Shown: piece by piece, positions 52,148-64,000 of the stretch
How the letters are laid out: the number at the start of each line of letters is the position of its first letter
Position numbering within the stretch: the stretch's first letter is position 1
Translations under genes and position numbers: made by a program
Assembly: GCA_030704615.1 (NCBI GenBank)
Contig: CM060731.1
Coordinates: 30,876,001-30,940,000, forward strand
DNA: 64,000 nucleotides
Direction: 5' to 3'
Source of the DNA: Takakia lepidozioides
Taxonomy: Eukaryota > Plantae > Bryophyta
Notes under the pieces: model-generated
What the model saw: the letters and a program-made list of their open reading frames with translations, nothing else
Databases searched by the model: none
Told to the model about the DNA's origin: nothing

Positions 52148-55100
52148 TTATTCGTCATCGTCATCATCGCCATCTTGCTCATAAATTGTGTACTCAGCAT
52201 CTTCTTCAACTCCCCCAACATCCGTTGCCTGCACATTGCCAGGCTGTTGACCTTTGGCGAAGGGAAATCTCCGCAGTAGCTCATGCAGAAATCCATCAGG
52301 TATTTTATCCGTAGGATCCATGACTGAATCAATGTCAGGAGAACACTCCTCAACATAGGCGAGACGGGACATATAGCATTCACAACAGCAACTATGTTAG
52401 CTATAACCATACCCCTGAGGGCTTAATCTTCCAGATACTCACCCTCCTAGACAGATGTAAAGTTCCCAAGCAGAATGGGATAGAACCAAGCCTGAAATGT
52501 CAAAGGTCCCCCACTCAGCCAACGAAACTTGCATGGCATCGAGTGTGGATGTAGCGTCTAGCATGGATGGCATACCAAAAGGAATGAAGTTCATTCCGTT
52601 GTGAATACAAACACAGAGAGCCAGCAAGACATGGCATAATAGTGCACATGAACAGGGGGAGGGACAAGAGGGCAAGAGATTGCATGAGAAAGCAGAGGGA
52701 CATAATGTAGTGCAACCAAAAGAAACATGACAAAACTAGAATCAAAAGATGAGGATACAGGCACCCACATTCCCTTGGCTTCCATCCTGCAAGACAAAAA
52801 GGAAGTAAGGATTTCATGATCCAATGGAGCAACACCCATATTCCCCCAACAGCACGCCTCACTGAAGCCTTCCACCCAGCACAAACAATACGACACCATT
52901 GAAATGATCATTCCATGTCCTGATCTGCTGGCCAATTACTGCGAAATGTGGCATGCCTCTTCAACTGATCGGTATAGGTTTGATGTCCACGTGCGTCACA
53001 TAGCTCAAGCTGACTAGTCCAATTCCCAAATTCACGGCCGCTTGAGATGCACGTACCTTAGGCTGCTGTCCCATTTCTATTTCCTCTTCATCATATTCTT
53101 CCATTTCTTCTTCCTCTTCTTCCTCCTCATCCTCCTAGGACAAGTATGGGAGCACTTAGTTGTCAACACAGTAAAGCTTTGCAGATGCCACCATAGTTTT
53201 ACAGCTGGAAGGTGAAATCAAAATCCAGTCAAGGTTTTCAGCAGGGCATGTCCTTTCAGACCCCAGCCCTCAAGTCAGACCCCCAACGAAAAGGACCATG
53301 GATCCTTTGCCAACATGCACTCCCTACGCCAAATCTAGCTGGTTGACATTCCTCACTGAAGAACAGAACCCAGTGCAATTGTGGTTCTAAACCACTCAAG
53401 GGCCTCATGCATGCATCGGCTGATTAACATTCCAGCCAATGCGCTTGCTAAGATTCAGCAGATATTAGTAAAAAATAATTGAGGCCCACAAAAGTATTTT
53501 TTATGTACTTAGGATAGCTGTAGTGATGTGGGCCCCACAGCCTCATGCTGAACTATTTTGAGATTTAGTTGAACACAGAAACACACTTGAGCATCCACAA
53601 TGTCAATAATTCACACAGTAAATCAAATTTCTGGCCGTGACAGACCATGAAACAAGATAGATTCCACATAAGCCTGTGAAAGTGCATTGTGTTCTGTAGT
53701 TCAAGCTAATATTCACCAGACAATTATGTCCAACGACTAACCTCTTCCTCATCAGGGTCCTCTTCTTCCTCTTCTTCCTCATCATCCTCCCCTTTGTGTC
53801 CACCAACCTCCCCCTCTACATCATCTTCATCTTCATCTTCATCTTCCTCATCAAATCCCGCATGTCCGTGTAGCGCCCCCATTTCCCCTTCCTTCTCTGC
53901 CACTTTGCCTGCAATTGGTCTGAAGGAGAATTCCTCCAGATGGTACTCTACAAGGCCAAGTCGTTTGCCTCTGCTGAACGTCAAAGAGACCATGAAGTTT
54001 ACAAACAACATGGACATCAACTGCATCCCATTCCCTATGCATAACACATAATTTGATGGGGCTCACCAGACTAAGAAAACTTAAAATAAAAACAGCCATT
54101 CTCATACTGAAAGGGTCCATGCACTTCCATGCACTTCAGCAATATCTGGCAATATGAGAGGTTCTGGAAAGGAATAAGACAAGTGCTTTTATGCCTTGTC
54201 CTTAAATAGGCAAGTGTGTTGAAGTAGGTCACAATGGAGTGCCAACTTGAAGAACTTGGTCCATTCGTCCCTGGAGCATGCATCCCAGATTTGATGTAAT
54301 ATGGGAGCTCACAGCACTCCACCAGATCAAGGAGCAGAAATTTGCAAGAGTTACGAAGTCTCCATCATCCTTCAAGCAAGGTACTTTTGCATAGGTAAAT
54401 ACTACCACAAGAAAGAGACTACTGTGCTCTATGCAAATGTTTACCTGCTGGTGTAGGTTCAGGTGGAGAAGCATCAAGCACAGCAACTTTCCGAACAGTG
54501 CCCCTTTGATCCTGTCCATGTTGGCTGCCAACCTCAGCCTCAGCCCCAAGAGCAAGACGGGCTTCTGACAGAGACTTGAAACGCTGCAAGCTCCTGGCTT
54601 CTACACGCTCAAGCTCCTGTGCAACATCACCAGGCATAAGGCCCAGAAAGCGCACTCGTACATGCTGCCGCAGCCTCTCCAGCGTGGCGCGTCGGAACCA
54701 CCCTGTGTATTCCTGAAAGGAACAACGTGTAAAGTAGCTCAAGTTTCTTAAGCTCCGGTTCTAAGCACCTCTCCCTCTCCTACCCCTTTCAAGCCGGCAA
54801 TCTGGCCTGTAGTAGGTAACCCACAGAAAGAGGGAGACAGACAGCTAGGCTTACACGCCCTCCACTTTTCTGCTCCATGCATACAGGGCAGAGTCCATGG
54901 CCAAAAGGCTACAGCAAACCAGGCCTAATCACCAGATTTCCTCTTTCTCTAACCCTGGGATGTTATAAAGTATCTTTCTTTGTGCTGTGCTGGCAGTGGA
55001 ACTAGTCATAGAGAGCAAATATTACAGCTAGACAGCTGTAGAAATAGTGTTGGAATTACCTTCTACTTTCTAGTATAACGTGGCCAGCAAGGACATTAAA

Positions 55101-58100
55101 TGATACACATTTGCCTACAACTGGAGGGTTATTAGCTGAGTGCAGTCTATAGGGTCCACCCTCGGAAGGGGGCAGTAGCCGCATGGTGAAGTGGCTCTTT
55201 AGTTACGCCTGCTTTGGCTGGAGTCTTCTCTCTCTCTAGCTGAGTGCCATCCCTAGGGATGCACATGGACAGTGCCCCCAAGGATCATCATTCACACGGA
55301 TTCTACTGTTTCAGCAAGGGTGTACCCATATGCACACGAAAACACCATCTTCATTCACACCAAATCCATAATATCCTTAGCTTGGAGAACTCACGCTACA
55401 AGTGGCTCGCTCTGGAGGTTTTCTGATCTGCGCTTGAATGAATTCATCTTGCAGGTCATACAGTTGCAAGAAAGAAAATTTCTTTTGTGGGGCTAATTTG
55501 AATGCACATATGTCTCTCCATGACGGTTCTCTGGCACATCGCACAACAAGGGAAACCACATAAATCTTTCACAATGGCCTTTAAAGAAGAGCAATGTAAG
55601 ACTCAAGAGTAATTTTGCCATGAGACGGTAATGAGAGAGAAGCGAATGCATGAAGATTCCACCTTTGTCCCACAACTGGTCTTTCAGGTGCATGACCACT
55701 TTCTCTCACAGCACGTGGTATTCGGAAGTCCATCATTTGATACCTGCATTATAAACAAGCTGCAAACACGCTGAGAGAAAGAAAGGGGGACATTTTATAA
55801 TGAGCCTCAAGGTCTCATGTGACAACACTAGAACAGCAGCTAACCAAGTAGAACCATATCAACCAAAGAACAAGTCAAAAGCTTAAGTGTTGCATGAAAG
55901 CAGGCTGCCTCACAGTGAGCGAGACTAAAAGTGTTTGGAATGGAGACATTTCTTTCAGGAGCGTGAGACAGAAACAGATAAGGAAAGAAAGAAACTTTAT
56001 AACATCCACAGGGGTTTAGGGAGGTAGAGAATGTACTCATAAGACGTTTTCCGTAGCCTTGCGGCTGTGGTTTAGAGGGGTAGAGAGACAAAGAGATGGT
56101 AGACTCAGAAGAGAAGAGAACACAACCGAGCAACTTATCAATCCAAAGTCTTTGAGGGTTGCCACAGAATTCTCCTCTCACAACGTACATGCGAGACTCT
56201 GGATACTTCCGAGGATCATAGCCATTCTTGATCCAGAGTGTGCGGAAGGGCCCATACCCAAAGTAGTAGGCCATCCTAAACAGCACCCTGCACCATCTCC
56301 ACAGCCCTGGAGTTAGGTACAAATCCCACAGTCCTCAAAATTTATTTTTGGCCAGAACAATTGCAATAGGTAAATCATGTCAATATGTCTTTGTTCGTGA
56401 GACAAATGTACTCAGAAGATGTTGTTTGCCATAGACCCTGCTCTCAGTTTGGGTGATGTTTGTGAGATATAATTCACACAAAAGTGCATTTTTGGGACTC
56501 AAGGGCAGCAGTATTCATCACCAGAGTATTCACTACTTGCAAGCTTCTGTGACAAGAGTTAGGACAAAGAGGGAACTATGTTGGGCATGATCACATCTTC
56601 CCCTGACCAGAACGTGGTGAAAGATATAGAGACAACAGAGAGAGGTTTTGTGTATTGTGCTTGCAACAGCCGCGTACTCTGCCGATGCCCGAAATGGGGA
56701 GGTTGGGAACCTAGGATGTGAATAGTACTGTCGAATTAAGCTGTACCTTTTTATTTGGAAAGTGGTGAGGACCACACCCAGATCCATCAGGCGGTCACTG
56801 AGTGTGGCCTTGGCCCAGACAGGGCGCTCCTCAAAAAGCTGGGTCACTGCTGCTGTAAGCTGAAACTCAATTGAGCCTCGGATCAGCTTGTCCTCCCAGC
56901 CTGTTGGTGCTGGAACTTGTGCAAAAGGAATTGAGAACACAACATTTTCTGTTGGAGAGAAAGAGAGAGTGATGATGAAACACGCCACTCTATCTAGGAA
57001 TTGAAACAAGAGTGATAGCATTACCGCACTTTGCCATTGAGACAAAATGTGAAATGCTTCTTTGTGGCACAGGGTAAAACAACTTGAATCTATGAGATGT
57101 TTTTAACTCCAAAACCCAAGATTCCACACTAAACAATGGCACGATTCAGACCAAACAGTAATACAGGCATGCACAAAGTGCAAAACATGCAGAGCTGAAT
57201 GTCAAACCCGTGATCTCTTCATGGCAGAGCCGAACAAAAGCATCGTAAGTTAAGGACTGGCCACCCACTTGCTGCATAAAAGGACATGGGGACAGTGGTG
57301 CAAAACCATAGAGTATAACATCTAATAACTAACTTTGGATATCTTTGATCTTGAAGTCCAGGCCAAAGCACGGCACTGCAGTCGCCTGCAGACAGGATCT
57401 GACACATGTCAATACAAGCCATATGTTACAGAGAAGGCTTGGCACCCAAGAGTACCGAAACAATCTTGACAAGTAAAGCCAGAACAAGCACCCATGTCAA
57501 TCACAAGAAGGCGGTAACCCTCCTACCAGATATTGCCAGATAATAAGAAACACTTGAGAAAGATATGTACTCATCTCTTTGACCAAAAATCCCACAGCTA
57601 GTTGTCAAGCAGAATAGGGGTCGATATCAACTGAAGACTTACCCCAACACGGGAACAAATTCTGTGCTTCTCATTGGCTGAGGGAGACCAGCGTGGGGAT
57701 CTATACAACGACTGCAGATTCACTCCGATATTGGAACATATCTACCTTTTTTATAATCTGTGGTTGTCATGGGTAAGGATCCTGGTATGGGTCTCTAATC
57801 TATTCATCTTGTGAAAGAAGGCGTATAGCACCAACTTAGAGGTCCTCTAAAAACAATCATAACCACACTTTCTAGCTGGAGGTGAGTCAAGACTTTCAGG
57901 ATGAAGCCACATACCTCCATCTGCAAGGTTGGGTCACCTTCATTCTTCCTATTTGTTTTTTTGTTGGTAAAATCTGAAGGCCGCAACCTACATAAGCCGA
58001 TGCCAGACTCGGATTTAAGAGCTCGAAGGCACTGTTCTCACTTATTGGCCACTTCCTCAGTAGCCACAAAGGTGCAGAAAGATCAGAACTGTTCCACATT

Positions 58101-60397
58101 GTCAGCTTTGTAAATGACCTTAGCAGTGCTGCAATAATGTTGTTGTGCATAAGAGATAGAACCAAACATACACAGTTTCTTCCGGCATATCTTTCAAGGA
58201 GAAGAGCGGGGGAACCAGCATCATGAGCTCCTCCTGCTCCATGTCCATCAGGCCACCTTTCTCTGAACACAAAATGGGTACTGTCTTGAGTTCCACCTTA
58301 ACTTGAACATACAGTTATCTCACCTTGAGATTAAGGTTAAAAATGTTTGAAATCCAACCAGAGTTTGAAAGTTGACTTTCAGGTGGTAGATCGTCCTGCG
58401 CCAACCACTCTGCTTTTCTATTTTATCAAGGCTGATTTCAGTAAAATGTAGTGTCTCTGGGCTTGTAACCAGTGCCATTTCTCTTGGACCGAAGAATGTA
58501 AATAAGGACAAGTGGAGTGATTTCAGTTCTTCAATGTTTGAATAAGCTCTCCCTCCTTGCAAATCTCATCTACCAGCTATACAAAAGCATTCTTTCAACA
58601 AAGTTTCCGTCCTGAATAAACAGGAACATTTAAAATTGTACATGAAAACAATAGGACGCACCAAATCGTTGCTCATCTCGCCTACGTTTCTGGCCTTTAG
58701 TGGCGTCTGCATGAACAGACAGGACATATTGATAGTCTGCCATTCCTTCACCAAGCCATTCAACAACCACCAGTTCAAAGCCCACCCAGGTTAGAATGTT
58801 GATACAGCAGCAGAGGAATTGCAACTATCCTAATCCATTTGAGTACTGATACACCTGAAATATTTTATTACCATCATCATCATGCGGATGACATTTTGCC
58901 AATACTGGTAACCATCAGGGAAAAAAGAAGAAGAAAAAGTATTAGTACATCCAGGAGAGGCGAAGAGGGAGAGAGATTCCACTGCGCATCTCATGGCTTT
59001 GCAGACATAAACATGCAAAGATTGAAAAAGGGGAAGAACAAAAGGAGCAAAGAGAGAAACAAAAAATTACCATCAAAATTGTAGGCATGCTCTACCCTTG
59101 CAACAATTTCAGCACTGACTTCAAAATCGTTCCCGTCAATTTCTCGAGCATTTCCTGTCTCTGGTGAATTAGCCTCTGAGGAAAAGACCACAGGTGGTTG
59201 GAAATGCGAATCTTGTGCAGACTTTCTGCAGGGCCTTCGCTTGATTCGCAACAAAAGGTCAGAGGTCTGATGGAGCTCGCCAAATGCTGCATGTGCATAT
59301 GGGTCTTCAGGACGAAACTTAAGCTCCAAATAATTGGCCTCAGAAGCGCGGGCCTGTGTATACAGTGAGCTTAGAATCCGAAGTAAATAAATGAGATTGC
59401 CCAGTTGGATGGAAACATAGGGACTAAAAACTACCTTTGTAAGGGGCTCACTCCGGTAGTGTGACTTACTTTGGTAGAGACAATTAGTTCAGGCTTTCCA
59501 TATATCCTCTAGAAAACCCACAAAAGAGAAAGGAAGAAGGAAAGAGACATTATAATGTGGACCGGGCCAAGGGACACCTGAGAGAACCACAGAACAGTAA
59601 AAGCAGAGAACCGGAGGCAGAGAAAGAGAATGTACTCATAAGACATTGTTTGCCATATCCCTGTAGCCACACCCCGCACCCAGTTTGGGCAAAACAGAGA
59701 AAGAAAATTATTACATCCACTGGAGGCCCAAAGGGCCAAAGGAAACAACAGCAAAGGACCATAAAAAAACAAAACTCCACAGGATCAAGTCTCCCTGGGA
59801 GGTGATGAGGGGTTCCAGCCACAGTATATGACTCATCCTGAGATTGCCATAGGGCTCATGCCGAGCTGACGACTATCCAGCTATAAGGGATTGTGTTTAA
59901 ATAAGGGCTGAGAATGATAACAATTTCGAAAAACATGAGATTTACTCCATCGTTGCTCTTGAAGCCCTCTGGATTGCAACAGATGTGACACAAGTAGCTT
60001 TTGGGAGAGTGGGCCACAAGGTGGACATTGTGCCGAATCCCAATGCCCACGGGGTGTCTTTCCCGAACAGAGTCAGGAATCTAAACTAAAATTGTCATTT
60101 ATGTTCACATTACAGCTTCGGATGCGAGGCTGACATTGACATAATACTATAAACTGATAACACTCAGTGAGAGAGAGTGATATCCAATTAGTGATCCAGC
60201 TACCAGGGCGGAATACCAAATAATTAAGGATACAAGATGAGCATTTGAGAGGCCAAGAATACCTTGGCAATGCTTTCTTCGCCCCCAAGTGTCTGTGTAG
60301 CGCGAGCCAGCGAAGAAGGGTAGCCAGGGTAGTTAACGGCAAACACTCGTCGATCGGGCAACACACCACTCACAGTGCCTTCCTCAATTGCTCCCAT
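52148..60397 (-). CDS. GTF3C5: General transcription factor IIIC subunit 5 (Tau95/Sfc1), multi-exon
   Basis: MGAIEEGTVSGVLP...NYPGYPSS (ATG 60397), LELKFRPEDPYAH, GMADYQY, LFEERPVW, AYYFGYGPFRTLWIKNGYDPR, GWF, and an acidic tail ending at 52148. Confidence 0.95.
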
Positions 60398-61077
60398 CTC
60401 TAACGCTCTGGGACGAGACCCAAATTCAGACTTCGCCTGAAAACTTCCTTCTTCCTTTCAGGGTAGCAGAGTGGGGAAGGGAACCGACCAACTCGACGGG
60501 GAAAAGTTCCCTCTTGGTTTCTCCATCAGCCTGCTCCACCACGAGGATCCCATGAGTCCTAACACAAATATTTATCTTTGAAGAGATTTACTTTTAGCTC
60601 AAAAACGGAGACAACACAAGAACAGAGACAAGTCATCAGACTGACTTGGGCAACCTATACATAATCTTGCTTGTGGGCTACGTAGATTCTGTGAAGCTAG
60701 GACTTCTTTCAAAGCGATAGCAATGCTTACCTCGAAATCGGCAGCTACGCTAGCATAGATCGCCCTCCTCGCATGTTGAAAGTCGGAAGGTTAAGCCTTT
60801 GGTCTATTCTTTCGTCCAGATTCGTTCGCTCGCCAGTATTTCGTTCATTCACTGGGAATGATAGTGCTCGTCTTCGTTGATCCGGCCAGAGTGGACGACC
60901 CCTGCATTGGTCCCAGCGTATGCAATGGACCAAAGAAAAGGGGGGAAGGGGGTGCCAAGGCAAGCACACACATATGCACGGAGATGCATTGCTTGATTGT
61001 ATCTGCAGGCCTTTGGGACCCAATACCTCTGTGATTATAGGCCCAGGATTTCAAAATCTCAAACAGGGAAAGGCGAC
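60398..61077. promoter_or_regulatory. Probable bidirectional promoter between GTF3C5 and EER5
   Basis: The two start codons are head-to-head, 680 bp apart. Confidence 0.55.
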
Positions 61078-64000
61078 ATGGCGTATGGATCAGTGGACGG
61101 AAACAGGAGACTGGGAGATTATGTTTCACAAGTTGTGGATGCTTTGAGCTCACAGAATGGGGCTGCTCTATCGGATCTTCTGGCAGTATCTGCGGGCGCT
61201 TACCGTGATTCAGTTGCATCTGCTCTGGATCTGGTCAAGGTGAGCTCCCTCCTTTTTGTAAAGTCCTAAGTCAATGTCGGGTATCCAACCCCTCATTGCC
61301 AGCCCTTTGGAATTTAAATGTCGAGCTCTCCGAAGAATATTTTATCTGGCAGATCATTCTCTCAAAACGGTTTTTGACAAGTGGGTTATCCAGGGTTTAA
61401 TAACTCCTTGGGAAGATGGCCTTCATTTTGGTTTGGTGCGGCCATGTGGGGATGCATAATGGGGTTTATATTAGAGAGAGGGTTTTCCAGGCTTATGTAT
61501 GGAAGACGGTGACAGAGGTGCTCGTTTTTACTCTTAGGAAGCTAAATTCTCCACACCCTCTATTCTCTTTTGGTTGGACGGTACCACCCTTTCCAACACT
61601 GGGGGAATCTGTTGTACTGAAAGTCAAGTCAGTTCAAGTTCTCAAGAGTACAGACTTTAGATCGGGGTGCTGTGGTAGGGCCAGGATGCAAACAGGATGG
61701 TCAAGCCAGTGGAGAGAGTGGCTCCTCTGGGGGATATGTTGCTGCAACATATGCGATGCATGCTTTGGTTTGCTCGCAGGCGCTTCGTCGAGGGGTACGG
61801 TGCCCTTGAGAAATCTGCCAAGTATCCATCCCATCTATGAAATTGGATTCCTTAAGTGCTGATTTGGTTAGAGGTTTATGAACTAATTTCAACTACATCC
61901 TTCGCACTCACACAATGGAGGCAGTTGCATGGATTGTGGTGGATAGTGCAGTAGTTTTCAGAGACTTTGAACCACAAGATTATTCAATTGAAGGCCCAGT
62001 TGAGGACTTCAGCAATGGTCACCTAAAGAAAGTAGCCTGAGATTTCTGCACAGCGCCGTCTACGAATATAAGAGTGTGTAGCAGTAGTGGAGCTTCACGT
62101 GATAACTTGATGGCAAAGTATCTCTTGTTAAAGGAGCATGTGTTGTGAACAATGCTGTGGTGAACGAGACTCGACTTTCTAGTTTTAGGTCATGTATCAT
62201 ATGTAAGGGTCGTTGCAAGGATCAGATGAGTTCAATACTTCGGCTATAGCTTGTGGGTGGGAGGTCCTATCCATAACAAGTTCAAAGTGCTGTCACTGAA
62301 GAAAAAGCAGAGTGCTGGCAAAAGTAAAGAAGGACGAAGTAAATATTTCAGCACGGCATTTGATTCAGGAGCAGACAGGTCTAGTTTTTCTTGAGGTCTC
62401 ATCAGTTACGTAATCGCAGTGCATCCCTCTAGTGATGACGCATGACTTTCAAATCAAGTGAAGCGACTTTCCTCAATGATATGGCGTATCACAGCTCTTT
62501 TCTGCAGGAGTTTCGTAATTGGGAGTCAGCATGGGCCATGAAAGCCCTTCACACTATTGTCTACGATCTACGTACACTTGCTGAGATGGTGGGTCCAACT
62601 TCCTTCACTGTATCGGTGAAAACAACATTCGGAGGAGGGAATATTAGGTCCCTAAGTCTGAGGTTGACATAGCTTTTCCTTTCCTCCAGCTTATCTGAGG
62701 GGAACAGGACAGTATTTTCACTTTCATTCTTTGCCATCATTCGGATTTGTAACATTGTTGTGCTAGACCCCCTATATGTGGGCTGCCGGTAGGTGAATAC
62801 CAACATGACAGTAACTGCTATTGTTGTCCTACGATCGATTGTGTCTTCCATGAGATTGAGCTACACTCTAGCTACTTTTGAACAGATATCTGACGTTAGG
62901 GGCCAGTACAGGATATACCATTTAAGACAACAGGAAAATACTGGAGAGGTTTATAAAACAGTTTTTATCTTAGCCTTGTGTCTGTAGGTTTGACACAAAC
63001 ACAGAGAGAATTGCGGATTGCAATCACACAAATCCTGAAAATCCATTGTTACCTGTTGGGAAGAATATTAATCTTGCATGGAAGTTTGTCGTTGACTGGT
63101 GCTGTTATTCTGGGCTGCAGGCAGATAGGGAGATGACAGAACAGGGCAAGATCCCAGACAAGCTCAAGGGTGCTGGCTCTTTCCTTATGAAAGTGTTTGG
63201 AGCACTTGCGGTATGCATCAAATTGGACCTTCATTTTGTCCTTTGATATCAGCAATCTAAAGTTTGGGGGCAGATAGAGCGAGGGTTTTGGAAAATGCCA
63301 CCCATTGAACATTATGGCCCATTCAGTATAGGAGGGGGGGGAAATTACTGACCAGAAGGGTCTATTGAAAGGAGAACCACGAATGATCCCCAAAATGGTT
63401 TCACAGAAAACCCCAAACATTGTTCCGCTCTGGGTGCTCATAGCTGATGGCCTCTGCGTAGTATGAGCAATGGACAGTAACACTTCCCTCTGATCTAAAT
63501 GGATTTTGGGCACCAGTGTGGGAGAGACAGCAAGAGTCAATAACCGTCCCTTTGTAGTCATTGGCCATACCATACCTCTCAGGACTTCATCCAGATTTTA
63601 ACCGGGTCACAGTTTTCATCATTCAGACTAACAAACTCAGCCCTTATCTAAAGTGATTTTACCCTCAAATAACTGGATGGCTGTTATGAATTTGTGCAGG
63701 GAAAAGGGCCGAAGAGGGTGGGAGCTTTGTATGTGACTTGTCAACTTTTCAAAGTGTACTTTAAGGTGAGAGCCAGTTGCCTTTATTCTATAGGCACATT
63801 CTGTAGGAGCCAATATTCTCTTGGAGGAAATAGCTATTTAGTTTGATGGCACAAATGCACGATTGTAATTCAAAACTTCCCTTGAGACAGACGACATCCT
63901 AATTACCTAACTCAAGGTGTACTAAATTCAGTTTTATAGGGGTACTGTGTTTCGCAAGTGAAATACATATCCTGCAGAAACATTGTGACAAAGATTGCCT
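61078..64000 (+). CDS. EER5: PCI-domain TREX-2 subunit PCID2/THP1 (EER5), 5' part; continues beyond the window
   Basis: Exons encode MAYGSVDGNRRLGDY..., FLQEFRNWESAWA, KLKGAGSFLMKVFGALA and GKGPKRVGALYVTCQLFKVYFK. Confidence 0.93.

Overview
Eukaryotic nuclear DNA with spliceosomal introns and land-plant-type genes; a non-seed plant (bryophyte or lycophyte) is my inference. The left ~26 kb is a nest of transposons carrying chromatin/DNA-modifying cargo: a degenerate SET-domain gene, a truncated CACTA transposase, a Mutator-like (MULE) DDE/SWIM transposase split by a solo LTR, and a decayed Gypsy pol with an intact C5 DNA-methyltransferase ORF directly upstream of its RT. The most notable feature is a multi-exon minus-strand gene (~5.2-11.3 kb). 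Spliced by hand, it joins a ParB/Srx-like domain (DGNHR) to a beta-class N4C/N6A-type DNA methyltransferase domain. It is head-to-head with the MULE transposase. Three different tandem arrays (one inside its intron, two between the genes) are all built on one palindrome, GGAAATTCGGCGCCGAATTTCC. This looks like a transposon-borne DNA-binding/methylating protein plus its cognate site array. The right ~35 kb is mostly host genes: SEC24, organellar RPL12, a frameshifted SKP1, GTF3C5 and EER5/PCID2, along with a hAT MITE, a Crinkler-like nuclease-kinase gene and several gene fragments. All gene models were read by eye; no searches were run.
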